DNA from: Eukaryota sp. GEM-RC1
Taxonomy: Eukaryota
Direction of reading: 5' to 3'
DNA: 64,000 nt
Assembly: GCA_040285855.1 (NCBI GenBank)
Contig: JAUFOQ010000016.1
Location: 2,914,001-2,978,000 of the forward strand
The position numbers and the translations under genes are program-made. The notes below the pieces were generated by a model. The model was not told where the DNA came from and searched no databases. It saw nothing but the letters and a program-made list of their open reading frames with translations. Positions 50,286-61,160 of this stretch are shown in pieces. How positions within the stretch are numbered: position 1 is the stretch's first letter; each line of letters starts with the position of its first letter.

Positions 50286-52007
50286 TTAAGATAATTCAAC
50301 TGAATATTTTAATTTTTCCTTACAATGAGGACATTTAAGTCCACCAGAATCAGTATTGTTATCAGCAGTCAACAAATCAATGATTGGTATTTGTTTTTCT
50401 TTAGGAACAAAATCAAATCTGCGCTTAATTCCAAATAATTTAGCAATTCTATTAAAGAACTTTTTTGTTAACCTGTTCATTGACGATGTTAATCCACATT
50501 CCCTATATCTGTCCTCAGCCTGTCTAATCAAAGTGAACGCATCAGTAATTATAGCAATAAAGAAGTTCATCAAAATATAGTAACCAAATGACATGAAAGA
50601 GATCAAAAAGAAACTTCCCATGATTGGATCGACCTTATACAGAGCTAAGTAATCGAAATCAGTCAATAACATTCTGAACAACGACATTAATGATTGTTTG
50701 AAGGTCGAAAAGTCGAAAACGTCTTGGCCAAAAGACATGTGCCCCATCAAAGCAAATCCAACTAGAATTACGCCAAACACTACAGAGAAGGAAAGAATAT
50801 CAGGAATTGCCACGGCGAGAACGTGAATTAACACGGACAGCTTATGAGAAATTCTGAAAAATTTAAATAATTTAAATACCAGCAAGAACGCCAAAACTGC
50901 CAGAGCATACATCATTCTATCAATGAAATAGCCAAGTAATTCAAATGGGACTTGCTCTAGGTCAAAAACAGCAAAATCATTCAACGTGATGATTGATCGA
51001 GTTTTGTAGTAAATCACAATTCCAAAAAACACGTGTGTAATCAGCTCTAAATAGAAGTACCAGACACGTAGACATCGACGAAGCGAATTGCCAATCATAC
51101 TGTTGATTGTTAGACATATATAAATAAACTCACCAATCACGACAACAATTTCCATTCCAAACTTAAGTAAATCCTCAAAAGTAACTGCTGAAAACAATTT
51201 TACACTTTTAAAATATGTTGAAGTGAAGACAGATCCAGCAGAAGGAATCTCGAAAGCCACTCTAATTAGCCCAGTAGTATGAAGAGATGGATTATAAACA
51301 GCAAAATCAAGGGTAACCAAACGAGTTCCAATATCAATAAAATTATGTTCAAATAACTCAGTGATTATTTCCATGGTATCTGATAACGTTTTATTGAAGT
51401 TGATGACATAACCAGCACCAGAATAATGATTGATTCTGCCTGTCCAAGGAAACAAGCTCGTTTGTGAAGCTGACTTCCATTTCCATTTACCATTAGGACC
51501 AAATGGAGTCCTTTCCTCGTTTTCATCAGTCATTCTTCCGTAACAATGCTCAATCTCATGTTTGAACAGAGAGGGAACTTCACAAGAGTCTTTGGCAACC
51601 CTCTGGGAGGACAACTTTACTTTGCCAATGAGTCTATTGTACTGAGCAATGGTTCCAAGTTCTATAGTGCCGTTAGGAGAGAGTTTGTTATAGATACGTG
51701 GTAGGACTGAAGTGTTGATGTAGGGAAGGATATCTGCAGGAGTGTAGATATCGTAGAACTCATCATCAAGAAGCTTGAATTCAATAGCACGTTGGAAGAA
51801 GTAGCCGTTGGATCCACTGAATTGCAGTTTGAAAGCAATCAAAAAGAGAGTCAAGAAAACACAGTAGAAGAGTAAATCGATAGCTACAACAGTTTTCTCC
51901 TCTGTGCAAAGGTATGGAGTAAGAAGAGGACTTGGGAGGGGAGTTTCGTCCTCGTCAGACGAAGAAGGCAGGAGGTTGTCTGAAGCATTGGTGTTGATTC
52001 CGTTCAT
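50286..52007 (-). CDS. Polycystin-2 (PKD2/TRPP)-type cation channel
   Basis: TOP domain motifs RV..DSC, CY, YSGAGY and IDIGTRLV.LDFAVYNPS. Six TMs, pore FSTF..S..SLFRMLLTDFDY, and S6 ILMNFFIAII.D.F. Confidence 0.92.
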   Translation of the reverse strand: MNGINTNASDNLLPSSSDEDETPLPSPLLTPYLCTEEKTVVAIDLLFYCVFLTLFLIAFKLQFSGSNGYFFQRAIEFKLLDDEFYDIYTPADILPYINTSVLPRIYNKLSPNGTIELGTIAQYNRLIGKVKLSSQRVAKDSCEVPSLFKHEIEHCYGRMTDENEERTPFGPNGKWKWKSASQTSLFPWTGRINHYSGAGYVINFNKTLSDTMEIITELFEHNFIDIGTRLVTLDFAVYNPSLHTTGLIRVAFEIPSAGSVFTSTYFKSVKLFSAVTFEDLLKFGMEIVVVIGEFIYICLTINSMIGNSLRRCLRVWYFYLELITHVFFGIVIYYKTRSIITLNDFAVFDLEQVPFELLGYFIDRMMYALAVLAFLLVFKLFKFFRISHKLSVLIHVLAVAIPDILSFSVVFGVILVGFALMGHMSFGQDVFDFSTFKQSLMSLFRMLLTDFDYLALYKVDPIMGSFFLISFMSFGYYILMNFFIAIITDAFTLIRQAEDRYRECGLTSSMNRLTKKFFNRIAKLFGIKRRFDFVPKEKQIPIIDLLTADNNTDSGGLKCPHCKEKLKYSVELS

Positions 52008-52592
52008 GTTTGTGTGACCAAACTTCAATGAAGAAGGTAAGTAGGTTTTGGATAGAACAACCTAGACTCGATTAAAAAGTCAACTTTGATCGATCTCATT
52101 GTCCAATCTAGTGCCATCACAATATGCTCAGCATAAAGGTGCCTCAGATGATGGCAGTGTTTCTTAAAGCTTTTGGCTATTGTTTTAAACACTATATTTG
52201 TGGGAAATCAATATCATTTGATGTTTCACACTCAAACAGAATTCCAAAAACAATTCCGACAAATTGTTTTCACTAAGAACGGTACTAATATTCAAATATG
52301 ATTACACCATGAAGTAGAGGACTCAGAAATCTAGACTGTACTTGCAGATGTAGAATATCCAGAAAAAACCCAAATGTACTGTATTTCTGTCATCTGTGCA
52401 AAGGTATGGAGTAAAAAGAGGACTTGGGAGATTAATAGATTCTTCATTAATTAAATTTTTAAAAATTACTAAAACTGAATACTGAAAACCGACCAAAAAG
52501 TTCCAACCTAACAGATCTTAATCATTAAAAATTACCTCAATATCATGAGGCTAAAATCAAGTAAAAAAACAATAAACTACACAATCCTCTAG

Positions 52593-55236
52593 TTATTTCC
52601 TCAGCACATTCTTCCACTGTTGAACTTTCCTTCTACCAAAGGTCAATTCCTTCCCATAAGGAAGAAGTAAATGATCTTCAATTTCACAACTAGAACAGAA
52701 CATTTCCTGAATCTCCGTCAGCTTTGACTTTAAACTGTGTTCCTTCCTTCCACGAACATCTAGCCATGACAACAACTCACAAAAGACTTCTTCTGAAGTC
52801 ACAACCTGCCACGTTGACTCTTCTTCCCCTTTGTTTTCTAACCACACGCAATTAGGCGAGGAAAAGAAGAACCAATAAACCAAACCATTTCTATCAACCC
52901 CCAGAGGTTCTGTACGGATGACTGCTCTGTGTTCTAACTCTGTGAATTTAGAACTTGTAGCAGCCATTTTTTTACGATGCCGCTCAATTTCATCAGATTT
53001 GGCGGCAAGCAGCGAATCTTTGCGCCTTTCTAACCGGTCAAGTTTCCCCTGAGCTCTTTTCTGCTCAACACCTTCCAAATTGGAAATCTCGTTTTTAAGA
53101 GCCAGAATCGCTTCTTTTACCTCTTTAATCTTTTGAGAAGCTTCCTTTGAAGACAACTTAATCATAGCATCTCGATGACGTTTCTTTTCAGCTTGCTCCA
53201 TCTCAGTCTTGCTCTTTTTGATATCCATGACGTCAACAAACGTATTATCCACGTAATTTTGAACTGATTCACTCTGCAAACATAAATCCACTAGATATTC
53301 GACAAGTTCAATTCGTTGATCAACTTTTAAAGCAATAAAAGAGTTAAAATTTCTCACAGCATCACTCGCATTGTAAGAAACATTACCAAACACCAAAACT
53401 TCTTCTTCTTCTGGAAGTTCTTCAGATGACAGTGAATGTTCCGCCTCACTTTCAGAGTGTGCCGACTCCTCATCACTTAGATTTGGTCGTTTGACTTCTG
53501 GTTCAGTCGCTACCTTTCTGAGCTGAGCACGTGTCATGACGCGAGGTTTGGGAGTTTCTTTTGCACTCTTCTTTTCTTGAAGGTGTGAAAACGGCAGGTT
53601 TCTTGGAAAGTCTAGATGAACGTCGTAGTACAGGCCTTTCATCTTCGGAGGAGCTCTCATCTGAATCACTGAGCTCTTCTGATGACGTCATCATGTCCTG
53701 TGGAGGATTTTCCATAGCCTCTTCCCCGTAACTCACATCTTCCTCTTGTTCCTCATCTTCTTTCTCTTCATTAGAATCTTCATCTGAACCAACTGACTGT
53801 TCTTCTTCAACAGATGAATCGACATCTCCACTGTCAACATGTTCAGTCACTTCTTCCTCCGGTGATTCTTCTTCAACTTCACTATCTTCTTTTTCCTCTT
53901 CAACAACTTCTTCCTCCATCTGTTCCTCTTCAACAACTTCTTCCTCCACTACTTCCTCTTCAACCACTTCCGAGGCCTCCTGGATAGCTTGAACAAGCAC
54001 AGTGTTAAGTTCCTGAGCCTCTTCCTCATCGAACTCCTTGTACAACTTCCTCAGATTCTTAGCCAGTACCTCCACCCAATTACCTGGCGAAGGAGAGAAT
54101 CTCTTACCAAAAGATTGTATGATTAATGAAATAAAAACTTCATCAATTATAGTGCAATTTAGACTTCCCAAGTCTTCAGGAGACTTAACTGAATCATCAA
54201 GAAATGAATCAACAAGAGAAGAGAAAGAAATGGGTGAGAGGGATAAAAGTTTGGAAAATGAAGAAATGAATTCCGAGAGCTCTAGTAATGACGTGACATG
54301 ATCGGAATCGAGGTCAAAAACGTCATCGGGAGTCTCCTTGACAGGAAAACTTGCCACTTTTGGTGGAGGTTGCCCATCAAAAGATTGTGTGTGATCAGAA
54401 ATCTCATCGTCATCAATTGGAAATGATCTCCGAATGATTGGCTTTGATTGCGTTTGATGTGCAAAATCAGTGATTTTTGATTGATTCAATGATTTCTTTT
54501 GCTTTACAACTGGAACGTCATCATCAATAGAGATCACCTCACCTTCCCTTCCATTATTGGCAGGTGGACTATCAGGAACGTGAAGATTCTTCAAAACGCT
54601 TGGTAAAACCTTAAAATACCCACATGATTTCGTAGATATCTGTTTGAGTATCGTACGTAGTATAGTTTTGGTCAGATCCTTTCTTCTTTTAACACTTTCT
54701 TTATTCAGAAGAAGATCAATACTTCCATCCTCGTGTACTGTCCCGCTGGCCTCAGCTGAGCTTACAAGGAAAGCGGGGGCATTGCAGATGGTAACTAGAC
54801 TTTTGGAAGGAGGAAGGCTTTTAGCAAAGGTACCAATGAGAGGACGGGTTGAGTGGGGTATGTAACACCAGACTTCTTCACCGGGAAGAAGGAGATGGTC
54901 GAGAACAGTGGTGATGGTAGTGAGAAGTTCATCTAGTTTTCCTTTGAAGTTGTGGGTGAGGGATGTGATGAATTGGAAAACAGAATAAGGTAGACATAGT
55001 CTAGACTTGAGGTTTTGTTGAGCTTGTTGAAAGGAAGTGAAGTTGGTACCACCTAGAGAAGCAGTCCATACAGCAGACGCATAGAGTCTTAAAGTGGAAA
55101 TATAGGCTTCATAATCAATAAAGATTTCACCAGTCAGCTGGTTGGTAAAGTACTCCGTACCTGGTGAAAGAATAGGGGTAGGAGCAGGAGCATAAGGCTC
55201 TCCTTTGAGGTACGGAAATACTTGAAGTGGAGGCAT
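52593..55236 (-). CDS. WAC/DDT/WHIM-WSD chromatin remodelling subunit (ACF1/BAZ1A/Itc1-like); +1 shift at ~53575
   Basis: TGEIF.DYEAY.....LY...VWT (WAC), LLELSEFISSFSKLL.LSP (DDT), an acidic tract, RTEPLGVDRNG.VYWFF and WLDVRGRKE..LK (WSD). Confidence 0.88.
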
Positions 55237-55499
55237 TGGTATTATTTCTGGAATTCGTTTCAGTCAGGTTATTTTTGATTCACTGACTTATTTGTACAGA
55301 GCTCAGTTTTTTGATTCACGTGTTCCGAATCTCTACATACGTAACAAATTATATTCAAGGATTTGACCATCATCGTCAAATGGGTGTAGACAAAAATTAT
55401 TTCAGAAACAGTCTCAAGGTTTAATAGGTAGGTACACCCGAAGATTCTTAGATAGTGTTTGAATCTAGATGTCTCATCTACTACTAGTAGATGATGTAA

Positions 55500-55664
55500 A
55501 ATTCTGAATTCCACTCTGTGTATTAATATTTCATTTCAAATGCATTTCTACTCAGTCCGAGGACTGTTTTCACACATCTTCCTTAATTACTCTACAAAAT
55601 CCGAAGGCAATACAGTATACATCTCTGCATACTCCCTCCGGGGAAAGCTATACTACGTTACTAA
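55500..55664 (-). ncRNA. Candidate Fanzor omega-RNA scaffold/guide region
   Basis: Lies immediately 3' of the Fanzor stop. Several hairpins on the minus strand: TTTCCC-cgga-GGGAG, ATGCAG...CTGTAT, C-TTCG-G and CAGTC-ctcg-GACTG. The call is inferred from position; boundaries are unknown. Confidence 0.45.
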
Positions 55665-58600
55665 CTACGAGAGATATTCAGGTCTTCCTCTCCCTTCTCT
55701 ATACCCATCTACTATTCTCAACATATTCAAACACGCAAGCTGATTACGATTCCAATACTTTCTCTCACTTGATCCTCTACAATTCTCGCTTCGACACTCA
55801 AGTAGACCATGACAAAGCACTTTTGGAGTTTTTTTCTCTTCTGTAGGGTCTTGGATTCTCGATCTTATGGAACTTCTTCACCTCACTTTCACAATCTGGG
55901 CAGCAACTGGACGTTTTCTTTTCATTCAATAAAACGACTTCAAATCCATTTCTTCTCAAGAAAGACCGCCATCCGATTCCTCTTGTCGGTCTGTGATGTT
56001 TCAAATTCACTTGACCATTTGCCCCAAAATCACCCATACAGATCAGTAGCTCTTCTCTTCTTCGTCCAAAAGTCGATTCGAGTGACTTCAACAACCAGGA
56101 CTCTACTTTCTGCTTATGGATGTAGGAACGCATTTTTTGGATGCGCCATAAGGCAGAACAGTAAAACCAAGCGGTTGACGTCACTTGTTTCATTTTGGCC
56201 TGGACCCAAGCTTCGAGATCAGCAAACGTGGCAGATTTTGGACTTAATCCTGAAAGCAAGCTATCAGTTTCTTCAATTGTGAGCGGTGGAGTACTTTCAG
56301 AATCTTGATTTGATCTGTTTCTTGATGGTCTAACTTTGAACTTTCTTCTGGCACCTTTTAGCAGGTGTTGTTGCTTTCTTGCTACCACAGTCCATTTGCA
56401 TTGTGTCAGTCGCAGCCAATTACACTTGTTTTCTTGAATTTGTTCTTCATTTCTTCCACCAAAATAAAGTAGATCCCTTTTCCAGGGTCACAGACGACTA
56501 CTTTTTTTGTTGTAAATTTTTCTGCTCTCAAGTCTTTACAATAAACTTCTTTAATCTTTCCTTGTAAATCATCCTTACCTCTTTTTTCACCAGCAAAGTC
56601 ACGCCTAACTAACTCAATTGAACAGTTTTGACCGTCACTGAGGATAATGTTGTTGAACACATAATCCTTCTTTTTGAATTCTTTTAAATCGAAGTTTACA
56701 AACATTTTCCAAAAATCATGTTGGTCTTTTGGTTTGAACTTGGTCACCTCAGCCTGGTTGTTCATTAACTTCAGATCCTTGGTTTTCTTGTTTTGCCTGA
56801 CGATACTCCACAAAGTTCTAGTATCAATAGGAAAGTAGCCTGGGATTACCGTGGTTACAGCAGGAAACCAGTGAAAAGCCGCTTCTTCTTTCTCCTTCAC
56901 ATAACGATTCATAGTTATAGCTGCCGGCATGAATAATTGAGGCTTTTTTTCGAGTTCCAAAATTTTAGTAAATGGTCGAAGCACTCTTAATTCAAAAGGA
57001 GGTGATCTCTGCAAAATTTCAAATTTTTCAACGACATACGGGTAAATAAAGGCATCGTATAAAAAGTCTTGTTCGTGAGGTCTCATTCCTTTTCCCCCTG
57101 CTTTATCCTTCCAATCTTCTTCAAACTTTTCTAGGCAAAATTGATTTGAAAGTAACAAGTTGAAGTTATCGACAGATTCAGCAGTAAAAATGTCTTTAAT
57201 CTGTCGAAGAGCAAAACGATACAAAGTTAAAGTTTGTTGACGATCAGGTCGTTCTTCTCTTGGCAGCTCTTTAATTAAATTTGAAATTTCTTCTTCAGAC
57301 TGCTTTTTTCCAAAATATACGTTAATGAAACGATTAATATGTTTTTCAAAGTGGAGTTTCAAGTTGTTGTTAATGTTACACAGGAGTACTGGAGCAATGT
57401 ATTCTGGTGGTCTAGAGAAGCCTTGAGGAGGAAACATTGGAAAGTTATGGCCTTCATTTGCTTCTAACTGAATACGATAGCCCTTGTGAATTGAGTTGCT
57501 GTCGAATTGTGCTTCTCCCATGACAAATCGTTCTAAGTCCGCATCAATTGCACTACTGGGTCGTTTATAGGGCTGACCATAAAATTGGGCACAAAGATAA
57601 TTTATTCGAGTCATTACAGACGTAATCATTTGTTCAGTAATTTCAGGTAACGCTTCTCCACGTTCAAATCTTGCTGATAAAAACAATTGCAGGCATTGTA
57701 GGGTATGGCGACGAAGTTCGTGAAATTGAGGTGCTAGCTGCACAATGTTTTCAAAGACATCACGATGCTTCAAAATTCGTGGAAGAGTAGACTTTACCAT
57801 CCTATAAGTTGGAAGAATAAATTTTTCTTTCTGGAATAGCATACAAAGTTTTAAAGTTAAGTTGGCATGTTGATAATTGTAATCAACTAAGAGAGAGACC
57901 AGTGTACTTTTACACCAACAATCGATGGGCAAAAGATTTCCAAGTTCTTCCTTTTTAAGTTTGAGACAAAATTCGTGTATCAGATTTCGTGTAAGAGATG
58001 CTAAATCATTTCCAAATTTCATTGTGAGAAAACGTTTTGCGAACAATAAAGTATCAAGTATCAAGTATCCGTGTTTATTTTTAACAACTTCACGCCAGTT
58101 TTTAGATAAAAGATTAAGGTTGGATTCTTGGAAATTAACAGGCCATGGGAACTGATAAAACTGGAAACGCTTTTCCAAAACTTTGAAGTCAAATCCAATA
58201 ATATTGTGACCAGTAATGAAATTTGGCTGGTAATCTTGAATTACGTCCATCAATATATGGAGCAGGACCAACTCATTGGGCACAACATAGATTTCAGTTC
58301 TTGGGGATAAACTGCATTCAATTGGAGAAGGTAGGTTTGTTGCACAAAGGTTGACACAGATAATAATTGATTTTTCTTCGTAAAAATTGTCTTCATTAAA
58401 ACGGCCAAAAATTAATGCAACTGACATAACTTTTTGGCTAGAAATCCATCGATCATGTTCTTCTGAGTTCATCTTTTTCAGCTTCAGGGATTCCTTTCCT
58501 CGAAGCTTACTTAATTCCCTCCGTAATAGCTGTTGGAATTTCATCATCATGATGCATTGTCTCCAGGTCAATAGACATAATTTTTGGAAGAGCATAAGCA

Positions 58601-58946
58601 TTAGGGTGTTTTTGAGCACATCCGAATTCAATCAAATTCTGTTTTTCGTTGTTGTCATGTGGCTTAATTTTCTTCAAAGCTTTGAGACAAGATTTCTTAG
58701 CAGGAAAAACTCTATTAGACAGGCGTTGTCCATTAATTTTCAAGGGAGCTCTCCGTGATTTGGCTTTAACTTGAGCTTTTTTGGCAACTCTTGCTAAAAT
58801 TTCGAGATTTGACATTGGAGGACTAGAACTACTATCAACTCGACTTTTTTTTAACAGGGGGGAACAATGGAAGTCGAATCATCACGTCGAATAAAAGGAA
58901 GACTCAATCTTGTACCGATGGGATCAGAATTGGGATTAGATTGTGG
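55665..58946 (-). CDS. PolB-type 3'-5' exonuclease domain fused to Fanzor1 (TnpB-like RNA-guided RuvC protein); homopolymer indels at ~58855, ~58518, ~56478, ~55832
   Basis: Exo motifs: IMSIDLET, NE..LL...PNFITGHNIIGFD, ILDTL and YNYQHA. Fanzor1 motifs: VKSTL..IL, NINNNL..HF, FP......YFPIDT, F...ILSDG..CSI, VCDPGK(R)DLLY, ICMGD, PTRGIG, LNEKKTSSCCPDC, HGLLEC...C, WNRN..AC.NM and GRPEYL. Confidence 0.88.
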
Positions 58947-58985
58947 ACCTGGATTGGATTCCACATCACCATCAGATGTAAGATC
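58944..58985 (-). other. 2A/StopGo ribosome-skipping peptide DLTSDGDVESNPG|P
   Basis: Exact match to the (G)D[V/I]ExNPGP consensus. Same strand as the Exo-Fanzor ORF and directly upstream of it. Confidence 0.8.
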
Positions 58986-59485
58986 AATTTTGAACTGCAG
59001 TCTACAATCAAAACTGACAGAAATTTGCAAAAACGACACTTCAATAAAATTTCACCACCACCACCAAAACCACCACCACCACCGATCCACTGAATTTTAG
59101 AAGGAGGCAAGTTTGGGGGCTGGAAAGCAGTGTGTTGCCCTGGTGGTTCTATCACCATGCTGGGCATGTAAAAATGATAGGCCTGACTGCCAAAAACAAC
59201 ACACATACTCCCATAAAAAACCCTCGACTTCGAAAAAATAAAAAATTTGGATTGAATTGGATCAATGACCAAAAATGCCTTCCTTGGGGTTTTGCTTGAA
59301 CAATGATGCCTTTGATTAGCATATTGCCGCCCGGTCCCACCCAGGCTGTATGGATACAAGATATCTACAGAAGTTGCTTCTGTAGAATTCCACCTGATTT
59401 GATAGGATGACTTTCCCACCAAAAACAGGCCTCTCATAGCCGTCGAATCAATGAACATAGACATGTGAGCAAAAAAATGGACCAT
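58947..59485 (-). CDS. Unknown ~180-aa leader with Gly-rich patch, probably ending at the 2A site
   Basis: ATG-started ORF 58904-59485 joins the 2A frame through a single missing base in GAAATTTTATT (~59047). No family recognised. Confidence 0.45.
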
Positions 59486-60610
59486 TTTGTGGGTTGTTGG
59501 TATTTATAGATGTGTCTACAGTGTCATGTCAGTCAAGACATTTATTGACGATTGTCTTCATTTTTCACTTTTCAGTGTCCTCTACATGGACAATTGACGA
59601 TGAATTTGCTCCTTTCAGTTGTTCTTTAAACAATTCACATCTTTATTTTCTTCACACTTTCCTTCTGAAGATGATGTATAAAGATTCGTATTGGTTTTCT
59701 AGACACACTTTACACAAAATCACGCTACAAATGTCCCACTTCCTTTCTTCTTCTGTTCTTATCCTTTGTTTTGATATAAATAAAAGTATAATTGGGCGCG
59801 GACACAATTTGGTCTCAACGGCTTCCGTAGAGACACGTTTTGCTGGAGGAAGGAGATACCAAGAACATTGATAGAGCCCATGTTCCCTCTCAAGTCTCAG
59901 TCTTTCAACTTACATCACTCAGTCAACTCTCGTCTTTCCGATTCATCAACAAACATGTAACATTCCCTTTTCAATATAGATTTCTCTTCTCTTAGTGTTA
60001 CCACTCTTGCTTTGCTCTGTATCAATCTCATGCTATAAGTCAGAAGATGCTCCAGAATCATAGTCAATTCTGATGCTTATTTATCTTCATCAATAAAGCA
60101 AACAACTTTTCTACTTTTTGTGCTAACTTCTTCAAATGGACAAAACAAGAAAAAAAATTCTCAGTTTAGACACCTCACCTATAGTAGATGAGGGACGAAG
60201 TCTGATTCTTCCTGAAAGAGTTTTGTTCCTTACAGTTTGCTTCCGAGATCTCAGAAATCTTTTATCGTTTCAAGTCTTCTATTTCGCTCAGAAGATCTAC
60301 CCTTCTCAAGATCTACCCTCTCTAAATCCCCTGCTTTCATGTCTTCAAGACTGAGAGCAACCAACCATTCCCCCCCTCTCTTCAATACGTCCTTCAAGGA
60401 GATTTATGCTCATCGTAATTCCATGTTCAATGATATTACAAACAAAGTCAATGAGATTCAAGAAGATGGTGCAACAGAAACAGACAAGCTCTCGAGTACC
60501 TTGATCAGATTGATGTATATCTTTCTCAGGAACAGAAGAGATGTGAGGATGATGATTTAGATATTGATGAAGGTGTTTGTAATGATCATTCTTATTGTTT
60601 TAGTTCCCAT

Positions 60611-61160
60611 TCAGCTGTAGACTTGACAAAACTGACACTTACTCACACTCTTCTTCTTGGGAACCTGATCTGTAATCCCACCATCCTCGATAGTTATTGT
60701 TTGAGATTTTGGTCTCTCGAGGACAGCAGGTCTACCTTGACCTTGGATAATTCCATTTACAATGTTATAAATGTTAATAGCAGAGTTGAAGTCTCTATTC
60801 CAGAGGACATGACATTTAGCACACTGAACTAAGCCCCATGGTGAGACTTTGTTGCTCTTCAACCTTGCTTTCATGAATGGCAACTGTTTGGTCCATTCAT
60901 CTTCAAAATTACGTTTCACAACATTGTCTAATTGATTGTGTTCCATAATTTTTTTTTTCAATTTCTTCTCCTCCTTCTGTAACTTCTTCTTCCACAGAGG
61001 ATCAATGACTTTGACAAAGTCAGGATTGGAACAGATACCTTCCTGGTTTTCAGCAGCACAAGCAGAGCAACATTTGCTTGTCATAAATTCATCAACTAAG
61101 AAAACTTTAAATCCAAATTTTCTTAGTAAGTTTCAAAGAGTAGCGCCTTTTACTGTATTC
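60611..61160 (-). pseudogene. 5'-truncated second Fanzor1 (RuvC-II, Zn finger, RuvC-III)
   Basis: TVKGATL*NLLRKFGFKVFLVDEFMTSKCCSAC...WGLVQCAKCHVLWNRDFNSAINI...GRPAVL. Contains an in-frame TGA, and no N-terminal half is visible. Confidence 0.85.

Noticed and set aside
52393..52430. 38-bp copy of channel-gene sequence from 51901-51938
   Set aside because: Too short to assign a function. Likely a local duplication or assembly artefact.
53700..53990. 15-nt tandem repeats
   Set aside because: They encode the acidic EEEVV tract of the WAC/DDT protein, which is ordinary low complexity.
55460..55495. Helitron 3' terminus (hairpin followed by CTAG on the minus strand)
   Set aside because: CTAG is followed by A rather than the expected T, the hairpin is AT-rich, and no Rep domain is visible. 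Kept only as part of the omega-RNA finding.
55545..55580. Hammerhead-ribozyme-like look of the GAAAAC-AGTCC/GGACT-GAGTAG hairpin
   Set aside because: The core elements (CUGANGA then GAAA) are not in the correct 5'-3' order on either strand.
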